DNA of 64,000 nucleotides from Podarcis erhardii. Its lineage: Eukaryota. The position numbers were made by a program, and so were the translations under genes. The notes below the pieces were generated by a model. The model did not search any database and was not told where the DNA came from. It saw only the letters and a program-made list of their open reading frames with translations. Positions 11,885 to 23,415 of the stretch are shown here, one piece after another. The stretch is taken from assembly GCA_964252035.1 (NCBI GenBank), contig OZ176201.1. One strand, written 5' to 3'. The number at the start of each line of letters is the position of its first letter. Position 1 is the stretch's first letter.

Positions 11885-14800
11885 GTAGGTCCGTGCGTCT
11901 GTAGGTGGGTGGTGCCCTTCACAGAGGCAAACTCCTTCCCCGCCACACCACCTCTGAGGGCTGGAAAGACTGGGGGGAACTCGCCCCTGGAGGCAGTGAG
12001 GTGTCTGCTATGTCTCCTTCCCGAGGATGGGGAAACCTGTGGCCCTCTAGATGTTGTGGAACTACAACTCCCATCAGCCCCAGTCAGCATGGCCAGTAGG
12101 ATGGGAATTGTAGTTCAGCACGTTCTGGCTGAAGCCCAGGCTTAGCTCACTTGCGTTGAGCTATGTTACTCGGCCTCAGCCGTTCCACCCTAAGCAGCTG
12201 TTGTAAGGTAGTGGTAGGCAGCTCAGGTTTGCTCAGAAGCAAGCCCTGCTATTTCAAATGTGGCTTATTCCTCAGTATAAGTGCATTGGGATTACAGCCT
12301 CGCTGTGTGTGAACAGCAAGCGAGAATGTTCTCCTTGGTCAAGCCTTGCCTCAGTCAACATCTAGCAACTAGTATCACGCTAGCTTTTATTTCTCAGGGC
12401 CAAACCAGGCTTGGCGGGGTTTTTTGTTCTTACTTTAATGGGGTTGCAGGTGGTTCTGCATCTGATCGGAGCAGCGATGGTGCAGAAAGGTACTTAACCT
12501 TTTCTCTCACACAGTTTTCCTGATCAAAATCAGCCCCTCATCTCACCAGCTGTTTTGCATTGTGTATATACTGGATTTCTGTTTTCCACAGCAAGAAAAG
12601 CAGCACAGGTCGCACTTGGATCAGGAAAATGGCCTGTAGGTTAAACTCCCTTCCACTAATCCAGCTAGATTTGCGGTAAAAACCAAACCTGTGTGGGGAC
12701 ACACCACATGCTTCTGTCCACATAGTTACTGTGGCCCTGAGCTTTTATACATGGGGGGGGGGGGTTTACAAAAAATCCAGGTGCCCAGTAGCTGGGTCTG
12801 GTGACTGGGTTGCCTCAAAGCTCACAAGGCTGTTTGCTTCTAGCCGGTGCCTAGAAAATTTTGCTATCTCTTTACTTAGGGTGGGGCCATAATTCAGGGA
12901 TAGAGGACATAGTTTGCATGCAGAATGCCCCAGGTTAACTCCCTGGCAGATATCAGGGGATGTTGAAGACCTCTCTGCCTGAGACCCTGGAGAGCAATCG
13001 TGGGCCATATGGACACATAATCTGGAGTGGTATTCTTTTATCTGTTTATTTAATCTTTTCCTGACTCTTCAGCTGAAAAAGCTCAAAGAGCAGTTTATGT
13101 ACAGTCAATGAAAACAAGGCAGTCCCTTCCTGCAGGCTTACAACCTAAAATAAGGAAAAAAGGAATGGGTAGGGAAGAGCAAGGGGCAGGGAAGCAAAGC
13201 CAGCCCTCAGTTTTTAAATAGGAGAATTCATAATTGAGATGGGGAGCAGAACAACTAATGTGCACCTTATCTCTGTGCAGTAGGCTAATTTCTCCACACA
13301 CCCCTGTTTCCTCCACCCAGATACGCCAGAGGCATTATCAGAGTTCCTTGGCAGATTCTAGTCAGGGGGAAACAGTCAAGGAGGGTTCCAAGCAGGGTTA
13401 GGGAGGGGGTGGCCTGGGGAGGGGAGATATGGCTGGGCTGCTTGTGTGCTTCCAAGCGCCAGATAGAGAGACCAGGAGGGCTGCATTCAAACCTGGCCCC
13501 CAGATTCCCCACACCTGCTTTATAATGACCAGCTGGGATGGAAAGTGTTCAGGTCCCTCAGCAGAACCAATGTCATGGCCCTGCTTGCCACCTCCCTAAG
13601 GCAGCTGGAAGTATCGCTTGCATAATGAATGCACACTCTTTTGAGTACAAAAGAAAAACTAAGCAAGCAGGGTGGTTTCAGACACTGGAGAAAGAAGCGG
13701 GGAGGCGTGTGAGTGCCTCTCGCCCTACTAGAGAGGTAGGAAGGTTGTCTTCCACTGAGGTCAGCAGAAGTCTTGCAAGTACTGTTGGTCTGGTCCAACG
13801 CAGACCCACATTTTCTCCCCTCCAGCCATGGCTACTTGGCACTGCCCATTCCCTTCTATCCTTGGCCTTTTAAAGAGCATGTCCCAAGCAGCAAGACACA
13901 TCATGGTTTCACACAATGATTTTTCTGAGCTTCACTTTGACCCCATTGCCCTTCTTCATAGAAATAGCTTATAGAATTGTACAGTTGGAAGGTATCTCAG
14001 TGGTCATCTAGTCCAAGCCCCTGCAATGCAGGAATAAATATGAGCTATGAAGTAATAATGAAAAGATGGCAAAAGGAACCCATGGACTTTCCCTCAGCAC
14101 CAAAACTCTCGCAGATTTAGAATTCAGAATTAGTATCACAATCCCCCCCCCACCTCCATTGCCCTTCTTGTCTTCTCCTCTCTTGAATTTTAGACTAAGA
14201 TCACAGGGGCAGGGACCCTTATACTCTGTGAAGCAACATGTACATTGGTGATACTATTTACATAATCATAAAGGATCAGGGATGTCTTTCATGGCAGAAA
14301 ACAGGGCTCCCATGTAGGCCTGAGCCCCTGTACTTATCTCTGGTAAAAGAAAAAAGTTAGTACTCTTTCCAATCAATATTCTGGAAACATTGTCCAGAAA
14401 TGGTGGTTTCCCTTGCTTGCAAACTGTTCCTATACCTTACATTAGGGAGGTTTTGGGGAGGGGCAGGGGCCGCAGCCCCCCAGGTGTCTCCCATCATTCC
14501 TGATCGCTGGCTGGACTGATGGGAGTCCTTAACATCCAAAGTGTCACATATTCCCCATTTCTGTACTTGTACTTTCTGCCTACCTCCTTTCCCCAGTGCT
14601 GCTAGGAACAGGGGAAGCTGCCTTATACTAAAGCAGATCACCGTTCCCTCTAGCTAAGTGCTGTCTGCATGCTGACTGCCAGTGTCCTGCCAGGGTTTCA
14701 GACTGGGAACATTCTCAGCCTTCTCAAGAGATGTCAGGCCCTGAACCTGGGACCTTCTGCATGCAAAGCAGATGCTCTACCAGTCAGCTAGGATGCTTCC

Positions 14801-14948
14801 GTTTTGCACCTGGAGCTCATGCCTCTGGCCCAAACTCCATGTTTACATCAACCATCAATGCAAATTCTGCCACACTGCTCTAACTAGCAAGTGGGTTTCC
14901 CCCAGTCTGGACTACAGAGTTGGGGAACTCTAACCCTTCCCTGCAAAA

Positions 14949-15299
14949 GGGACGCGGATGGCGCTGTGGGTTAAGCCACAGAGTCTAGGACTTGCTGATC
15001 AGAAGGTTGGCGGTTCGAATCCCTGCGACAGAGTGAGCTCCCGTTGCTTGGTCCCTGCTCCTGCCAACCTAGCAGTTCAAAAGCACGTCAAAGTGCAAAT
15101 AGATAAATAGGTACCGCTCCAGCGGGAAGGTAAACGGCGTTTCCGTGCGCTACTCTGGTTTGCCAGAAGCGGCTTAGTCATGCTGGCCACATGACCCGGA
15201 AGCTGTACGCCGGCTCCCTCGGCCAGTAAAGCGAGATGAGCGCTGCAACCCCAGAGTCGGCCATGACTGGACCTAATGGTCAGGGGTCCCTTTACCTTT
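14949..15299 (+). mobile_element. Sauria SINE (Squam1 type)
   Basis: gggacgcggatggcgctgtgggttaa tRNA-like head, (ACCTTT) tail, imperfect TSD at 14931-14947 and 15300-15316. Confidence 0.9.
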
Positions 15300-17348
15300 T
15301 AACCTTTCCCTGCACAGGGAGAATCCCTCCCGAGCACTTAGTAGCTTTGCAAGGAAGGGGGGTTTTTTCAGCAGCATCACCCTGGGGGAGACATCGATTA
15401 ACCTCTTGCCTTCCTCACTCTGCAAACCACATTCTGACAGAGGTTCCTTTGTGTCTGCTATTTAGCATCAAGAAGAAGAAGAAGGGTTCATGGCAGTGGA
15501 GGCTGGTCTGTTAGGGCAAATGGGGTGCTGCCCCACCCACCTCACTCTGCCCTCAGCCAGGCCCCACTGGCCTATCCAGTTTAGGGCATGGCACTGCCTG
15601 CTAGACTCCTCCATCTCAGTGCTGCTCTTGCAGGGAGGATGAAGACACACTAGCATTAGCTGTCTCTGCCTGTCAGAGCTGAGCTCTGCTGTTGGGCTGC
15701 CTTGCTTCCACCCCAGCAGTCCCAGTGGGCATCACCACTGACTCCCAGAACTTAGCAGCAAAGCATGTTAGCATCAGGGATCCCTCCCATCATGGCAAAA
15801 AAAGCCACACAGGTAGATGCTACCAAGAAGGCACAGCAATGTGCAGAAGGCGGTTTGCACACCTTGGATGCTAGCAGTGGGCAATCTTTTCTTTCTTTTT
15901 CTGTAACCGTCAGCAGCGCTTCCATAAAGGCAGAGCCCTTCTGGCTCACGGAACAGTTTTGCTTGTCCAGCCAAGGAACTGGTTATTGCTGCCTCCGCAC
16001 AGCTGTGCAGCAGATGTTGTATTAAGAGGAGCTTCAATAAGAGTAACCAGGTGCAAAGGAGGGGAGAGAGCTGTGCACGTCTAATAGCTGTGCAGAAGAC
16101 GGAATTTAGTGAGGACAGCATTTTTCATTGCTCTTAGGGTCCGAATACGGCACTTTCCCAGTCTTCAGATGGCAGGGACTGAGTCTGGGGCTTTCTACAC
16201 GTGGAATATGTTCTCTGCCATTGTGCTGTGGCCCCTCCCATGACACACAGTGAACTGCCCCTCCTCTCTTCCACTGCACCAACTTCATCTTCATCCTATA
16301 CCTGGCGTAGAAGCCAGCCAGAAACAAAGCCTTGTATTTTTCTGCAGCTGAGCTATGATGGAGGCTGAGAATTATTTGATGTTCATCATCTTGTAGGTGG
16401 AGCATGGTGCAAGTGCTAGCAGAAGAGCCAAGAAGAGTCTAGGGGTGTCAGCTAACCAGGAAAATAACAGCCTCACCTGCTTCTTTACTTTGCTCTTTAA
16501 AAAAAATGAACATCAAATAATTATTAGCATTTAGCTGCAGAAAATCCAGCATCCAGCTGCAGAAAAATTTATGAGTTGTAGAAATTCTTTGCTACACTTT
16601 CTATCCCACCCTTTCCCCAAGGAGCTCAGAGTGAAGTACATGGTGGCCCTTGCCATGCCGTGTCATCTTCCCGATGACCCTGTGAGGCAGGTTAGGCTGA
16701 GAGATGGTGGCCAGCTCAGAGCAAAGCTCAGCACACTATTTATTTTGTTCAAAATATTTATATGAATCACCTATACCCAAAGATCTCTAAGTGATTTACA
16801 GTAGAATAAAATACAGAATGATATTCATCATAAATAAATCAGTAGCGTATCAAAAGGTGACCATGTAAAATTAACCTTCCAGAAATTCTTGAAATGAAAA
16901 TGTTTTCATGTCATGCTGAAATCTGTCCAATGTTGGTGCTTGCCTCCCTCCCTCATTTCCACGGGGCTGGGGGCTCTCTAATGCAGGGGCTGCTGCTCTG
17001 AATGCTGTTCTGAGTATAGAGAGTTTTGATTTCTAAGTTCAACTCCTGGCTGTGATGTAGCTAGCCTATCCACCCTACCAGGTGTAGGAAATGGAGGCCT
17101 CCAAATGTTGCTGGACTATAACTCCCATCATCCCTGACCATTAATCATTCTGACTGGGGCTAATGGGAATTGGAGTCCAAGAACATCTGGAAGACCCCTG
17201 ATTCCCCATCACTGCTCTATACCACGGTGACTCCAATTAGCAGGGGGACTTTTCTGAGCTGGGAGATGAACCTTGCCGCTTGCTAATGAATATAGATCAG
17301 ACTGCTGTTAAGGGACAAGTTTAAAGGCTGGCTACCCCAATGGGGACA

Positions 17349-17674
17349 GAGATGCGGGTGGCGCTGTGGGTTAAACCACAGAGCCTAGGACGTGCTGATC
17401 AGAAGGTCGGCGGTTCAAATCCCCGCGATGGGGTGAGCTCCCATTGCTCGGTCCCTGCTCCTGCCAACCTAGCAGTTCGAAAGCACAGCAGAGTGCAAGT
17501 AGATAAACAGGTACCGCTCCGGTGGGAAGGTAAATGGCTTAGAAGTGGCTTAGTCATGCTGGCCACATGACCCGGAAGCTGTACGCCGGCTCCCTCGGCC
17601 AATAAAGCGAGATGAGCGCCGCAACCCCAGAGTTGGTCATGACTTGACCTAATGGTCAGGGGTCCCTTTACCTT
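17349..17674 (+). mobile_element. Sauria SINE (Squam1 type)
   Basis: Highly similar to the 14949 copy. TSD TACCCCAATGGGGA at 17333-17346 and 17675-17688. Confidence 0.9.
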
Positions 17675-18178
17675 TACCCCAATGGGGAGCCGAACAGAAC
17701 TGAGTGGCTGGATGGTGGTGTCTCGGGAGGTGCTCTGCAGTGTCACAGAAGACTTCATTGCCAGACTGGCTATCTGATGCCCCAGAAGCAGGATTATTAT
17801 AATTCCATGGGTTGGTGGGGAGGACACAGGTCTCTTGAGCCTGAAATAATTGCATGGCAAAAAATGTAGAGGTCCAGACAGCTCCATGCTGAGATAAGCA
17901 TCCTCTGTTGAATTTTGCCTGCCACACAACTGCAAAGAAGGTGGCGAATTACATGCTTATTAAGGCTGCAGTCCTGCCTGTGCTTAACGAAGGAGTAAGT
18001 TCCGTTGAGCTCAGCAGGATCACCTTCTGAGCATACGTGGAAACCAGGCCTCTCGTGGGCCTCTTCAGAACAAGCCCTTCTGGGAAGGGGCAAGCATGGA
18101 ACAGTGTATTGGAGAGAGAGTCCTTGAGGCGCCGCGTTGCTCTTCCTCACTGTCTGTGCCTTTCTTGTCCCTTTCTAG

Positions 18179-18717
18179 GTGCCAGTTCTGCTTCACCTCT
18201 GACTCCCAAAGCCCCACCGGCAGCCAGCCCTGTCCCCACCAGTACAATGGAAGGCGGGGGCCTGGGCTGCCCTGTGGCCTCGGGCCCCGACCCCTTCCCC
18301 TTCCTGGCACAGGAGCAGGCGCTGCCTTTTGGGAATGCTCTACCTCCCGGGCTGCTCCCACTGGGCTCCTTCCCCTTCTCGCTGACGCTGGGCCCGGAGA
18401 CGCCACTGCCCCCCCTGAACCTGCAAGGGGACCCCGAGGGGCAGCCCTTGCTCCCTCTGGTGCTGCCCAGCCTGGATTTGCTGCACCAACCCAGCGGACT
18501 CCTGGCATCGCTGCTGGGGCTGCCAGAGGCGACGTGCGAGGTGGAGAGGGAGGCAGCCGCCACGGAGCCCCTGCTGGAGCCCTTCAGCGGCCTCCATGAA
18601 ACTCTGCAGCCCCTGCTCTTCCCAGCACTTTCCACTCCTCCAGCTGTCCTAGCTTTAAACTCAGCACTGCTGGCGACCAGCCTAGGCCCTTCTGACCCTG
18701 GGCCAGGCCCCCCACAG
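18179..18717 (+). CDS. MBD6: MBD6 coding exon 5 (...FPFLAQEQALPF...PPAVLALNSALLATSL...PPQ)
   Basis: Within ORF 18037-18732. ctttctag acceptor, gtaaga donor, 539 nt. ALNSALLA matches MBD6. Confidence 0.93.
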
Positions 18718-19663
18718 GTAAGACAACTGTAGGCGGGGTTTGCCGGGGGCTGCTTGTTCCTTTTAAGAGGAAGGTAGAAGTTGCCCAGGTGCAGCTTCTC
18801 CTCTCACAGGGCACTGGGGAGGAGGGAGAGTAGAATGAAAGGAACTGTATTTAGTGAATACCAGCCAGGCTCAAAACTCTTAAAGGGTCCTTGTGCAATG
18901 TGGTCAAAGATTGAAAGCAGGTGGGAGGAGGAGATGACAGCCGCAGGAAGCAAGGGGCTTGCACATACCTGAAAAGCAATGTTTTCTGTCTTTCTTTTAA
19001 ACTAATGATGGAACATTTATTATTTTATATGGTGCCACTTTGCAGAGGCCCATAAACAACATCCATGGCTCAAGGAGTTTCCATAATTTGTCCATCGCCA
19101 TGTGGGTGGAGGTGGGGTGATTCTATACCCCTCAAATACTATAGAGGGGTGCAGTGCAACTCTGCCCACAGGATCCCTGCCAATCATTGCTAGGGCATCC
19201 AGCGTCAGGGGATGGGAGGCCGAGCTCTGCCCTCACCAAAATAGCATCCCAAAGTGTAATACTGAAGTGTAGCATCAAAAGCAGGAAGACAGGCATTTAC
19301 TCTCTAGCGAGGGGCTACTAAGCAAAGGGCTCTCCAAGATACATGTGGGACTGGGAGCTCCATGCCCGCTTTGCTCCTAGTGCCCTGGGTCTGGGTCTCA
19401 TTCCTTGGTCATGCTGTAGTGGTATGGAATGCCAGGAATTAATAATGAAGAATGAGATCGACATTTGAAGGCTCAGCTGACCTGCCATATTGCAGAGATG
19501 GGAGCAAGCACGGCTGCTCTAAAAGAACAGAAATTCTGCAGAGGGTGGGATGCGGCAGCACTGAGCCATAGCAACAGGCTTCAGGTGCTCTCCCAAAATC
19601 GGCTGCTGGGCTTGCCCTGCCCCTTCGCTCCCCCCTCACCCTCCGCTGCTTCTTCCACCCCAG

Positions 19664-19805
19664 ACTGGCCTGGCTGGCACTCCTGTGGCACCTACCTCCA
19701 CCAGCGCAACATCGACGACTACTGAGGGCGCCCCCAGCACCTCAGGGCGGCTGCATCCCCTGATGCCTCAGCTTGTGAACCCACTGCTGAGTACCACACT
19801 TCTGG
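19664..19805 (+). CDS. MBD6: MBD6 coding exon 6 (TGLAGTPVAPTSTSATSTTTEGAPSTSGRLHPLMPQLVNPLLSTTLL-G)
   Basis: Absent from the ORF track; translated by hand. ccccag acceptor, gtgagt donor, 142 nt. PQLxxPLL motif as in MBD6. Confidence 0.9.
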
Positions 19806-20750
19806 GTGAGTTAAACCCTTCTTTCTGCAGGGCCAACTCCTAGGAAGGTGAAGCAATTAAGGCGCGATGGGGTGGCGGAGAGGGGCCTAGCAGGAGCTGC
19901 AGCCACATACTAACATGTCTGAATCGGTGGGACTGGGATTGAACAGGGCCTGGATGTAGTCGTGTCACGGCAGAAAGAAATAGTCCTGCTTTTACAGCTT
20001 TGTATTGTCAGCCCTTCCACCCATTCTGGTTTATTATTTAGGCCTCTAGTTGAAAAGGAATCACAGCCACTGATACTATGCATTCATTAATGCTCCACAT
20101 AGGGTCTGGTCACCCCCCCCCCCCCCGGCAACAGAAACCATGAAAGGAGCCAAACTGACAATAAAAAAACCTGTGGCCAAGGTCAGCCAGTCAGCTTATT
20201 GAGGTGGTGATGGGGAAACACCCCTCTGACTTCTGTTTACTTGCATTCTCCCTCTTGATCCAAGGCTGGGAAACTCAGGCCCCCCAGAAGTTTGGACTCC
20301 AATTCCCATCAGCCCCTCTCAGCATGGCCTAGGCTCAGGGATGATGGGAGCTGTAGTCCAGCAAGATCTTGAGGGGAACAGACTCCCCCTCAAAAAAAGA
20401 TGGGGTATTTTGGGCTCTCACGTTTTCAGGCTTTGGATTCCAGAAGTATTTGAAAGCCCTTGAAGCCTGTGTGTTCAGCGGAAGTGTGGAAGAGCTCTGT
20501 GCACATGCAGCTGCACATGTCTAAATTATTCCACTGCAGCTGACAGCAGGTGCATGCATAGAAGTCCCTTTCATGCTTTTGGAGGAACAATCCTGTTCCC
20601 TTTAGTCAGTATATATTGGGCAGGGGAAGAGAACATACGAAAACAGGTGCTGTTGCAGCTCTTGCAGTGAGGCACCTTGGAGCACCCCGGGGGACGCTTG
20701 TGTGAGAGTGACATGGTTCACGGCCTGACCTCCTTCTCTCCACCATGTAG

Positions 20751-20932
20751 GTGACCTGTCAGGGCTGAACCCAGGCTCCGGCCCCTCGCTGATTGGAAAC
20801 CCTCTTCTCCAGGCCCAGCAGCCGCTTCTGCCACCCAGCCTGCAAGGGCCACTGGGACTCCAGCTTTTCCAAGGGCAGCTGCCCCTGTTGGCTGCCTCCA
20901 ACCCCCTGGCCTGCCTCCTCCAGAGCTTGCAA
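20751..20932 (+). CDS. MBD6: MBD6 coding exon 7 (GDLSGLNPG...GLQL...NPLACLLQSLQ)
   Basis: Translated by hand. PLACLLQSLQ matches MBD6. tgtag acceptor, gtaagt donor, 182 nt. Confidence 0.93.
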
Positions 20933-21852
20933 GTAAGTGGAGAGCCGAGGGCCTTATCCGGCTTCCAAGGGCAAGGCAGCATTCAGAAACAGCCCCCAGA
21001 TTCAGTACTTGGGGAAAATGCTTTTGAGTGTTCTTAAACTCACAAATGTACACAAATATGCTGCATTAGCACTGCTTTCTTTGCTGTATTTGGCCTATTT
21101 TGGAATGTTATAGGATGGGTTCGGAGTGTTATGCTTGACATTTTAAAAAATTGCATCTTTTCACCAAGTTGTGTGTCCTCTCTCTCCCCCCCCCCCCCCA
21201 CTTCCTGGTAGCATCCTCACAACTCTGTGAGGTGAAGAGTGAGTGCCATGGGCAAGGCCTAAAGTACATAATTGACAGTAGCCAACAGCTGTTTTAGAAG
21301 GAAAAGCTGATTTTGGTAAGGGTGACCAGAAGTGTGAGGGGGGTGGGGAGTTGCCACCCACCAGGACAGGGTTTTCCTGGGCTCTTGTTCATGTATGTTT
21401 ACATGTAACATGTATTTTAGGCCAGAGTGGGGATTAGACCCTGGATCTCCTTAGTCAAAGCCCAACACTGTCCAATAGACTGGTTCACTGGGATGGCGAA
21501 GGATTAAAAAGAAGCAAGGTGAGATGAGCAATTGAAGCAGGAAAATTGGGAGCAGGGGTAGGCATGCCCTGGGTGCTGTTGGACTCCCGCTCCCATCAGC
21601 CCTAGCCAGCAGGACCAATGGCCAGGGTTGATGGGAGTTGGAGTCCAACATCTTCTGGAATACCACAGGTTCCCCACCGCTGGACTTTGGGGAAGAAATA
21701 GTAACACAGGGTGTTGCTGAAAAGACAAATGCTTTGAATACTGAGGCCAGCTTTAATGGACTCAGCAGAAGTGAATTTAAATACACTTTTGGAGAAGCAG
21801 TCTTTGCACAGTTCTGACAGATTTCCTCCGCTATCTTGTCTCTTTTTGCCAG

Positions 21853-22344
21853 CTGAGCTCCGGCTTTGGCGTCCCAGAGAAGTCTGTGCAACCGAGTGAA
21901 GCTCCAGCCCCAGCCTTGGCCAGCGGGGCCCCTGCAGCAGAGACGGAGCCAGGCCACAACACTGTGTTGCCCCCCCCTTGCACGGACGCTGCCCCTACAA
22001 GTGCCTTAGAGCCGCCCAGAGCCCTCGAGCCAGCCAGGCAAGGACAGCAGGAGGCCCCCCTGGGGCAGGAGGCCAGCAGCTCGCGCTCCCCGCTCAAGCG
22101 GCCCCGCCGTGGCATGGAAGACCTGAACGGAGACTCCGGCAGCAGCCTCTCTCGGGGGCCGGGGCGGGGCGGCAAGTCTGGACGGCGAGGGGGCGGGCGG
22201 GGCAGGGGCAGGCGGCACTTCAATGGCCAGCTCCCCGACTTGGGCGCAGGCCACCCGTCCCATCCTGCCTGGCGCTGCAACGGGGAGATGGTGGCCAGCA
22301 GTGCTGAAAGCCAAGCGGGCCCTTTTGCTGTCCAGGAGATAAAG
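21853..22344 (+). CDS. MBD6: MBD6 coding exon 8 (LSSGFGVPEK...RGPGRGGKSGRRGGGRGRGRRHFNGQ...WRCNGE...QEIK)
   Basis: In frame with ORF 21886-22704. tttttgccag acceptor, gtatgt donor, 492 nt. FNGQ and WxxNGE motifs as in MBD6. Confidence 0.9.
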
Positions 22345-23180
22345 GTATGTCACCACACACGAAACAAGGGGGACAGGGAGTCGGGGGGTGACTGGGAAAT
22401 GGGCTCCACCCTGACTTGGCTAAGGGGTGGGGGAGGGAGCACAGCTTGCAAGGCCCCCTTGCTATTCAGAGGCAAGCTGTCTCCTGCTTTCCTGATGCTG
22501 CAGACAATGGGATGGCTCCGCCATGATGGACAGCTACCCATCCATATTGCTGGCCATCTGAATTGGACACCACATGCTGGACTAGGTAGACCCGAGGCCT
22601 TTGTGCACCAACGCACTTCTAATGCTGCTTTTTTCAGCATAAGGAATGCCTCTGGTTTGAGCCCTTGCTTCTGCATTGGCTATGAAGGGCCTGTTCCAGG
22701 CTGAGCAGCAACAGTGTTCAGTGAGGCTGCTAGGGAGCTTCACACACAAGCCGTAACAAGTCTGAATGAAGCATTGGGTTTGCGCACTCACACTCACACG
22801 CCCGACACCCTGGCATAGCCAGGAAGAGGGTGTCCATCAAGTCTCACTTTTATCTCAGTTTAGCATTACATTCAAATTGGGGGTTCTGGTTTTTAAAAGA
22901 CAGACCAGTTTAATAAGTCAGTGAATTTGAAGTTAGCTTGTTACGAAACTAAAATTGACAGAGCTCTTCAGGGCCGCTTGGTAGGAAGAGGTCAGGAGAG
23001 CACATGAGCCTTGTGGGATATTCAAAGTGGCCTTTACATAATGGTCCTGAGGAGTCCAGGGATTGGAAGATGGACAGACTGGGTGGAGCCGAGTGGACAA
23101 ATGGATGGCTCCAAGGATGCTGGGAGCAGGAGGAGGGGGAGGAGATGCAGATGCTCACCTTCCAGTCATCCTTCTTGCAG

Positions 23181-23230
23181 GGCCCTCCTGGAAGGCGACC
23201 AGCCCGACGTGGCCGGAGGAGAAAAAGCAG
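23181..23230 (+). CDS. MBD6: MBD6 coding exon 9 (GPPGRRPARRGRRRKS-S)
   Basis: cttcttgcag acceptor, gtgagg donor, 50 nt. RRGRRRK motif as in MBD6. Confidence 0.9.
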
Positions 23231-23339
23231 GTGAGGACCATGTCCCAGAAAGAATGGGGCTCATGGCAGAACCTAGAGCAAGGTTGGGGGCCACTGAAAG
23301 CTTCTTCCTTCTCTTTAATCCACCCTTGTTTTTTTGCAG

Positions 23340-23415
23340 TGGTGCCCGGCCCAGCGCCCGACCTGAAGCTACACGGATCCGGGGTCCCAGTGCTGATCCA
23401 GGGCCCAGCCCATTG
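23340..23415 (+). CDS. MBD6: MBD6 coding exon 10 (SGARPSARPEATRIRGPSADPGPSPL)
   Basis: tttttgcag acceptor, gtaagt donor, 76 nt; restores phase 0. Confidence 0.85.

Noticed and set aside
15677-16025. Possible MBD6 cassette exon with a cag|gtagat donor
   Set aside because: The frame required after the acceptor hits a stop, and exons 4 and 5 already join in phase.
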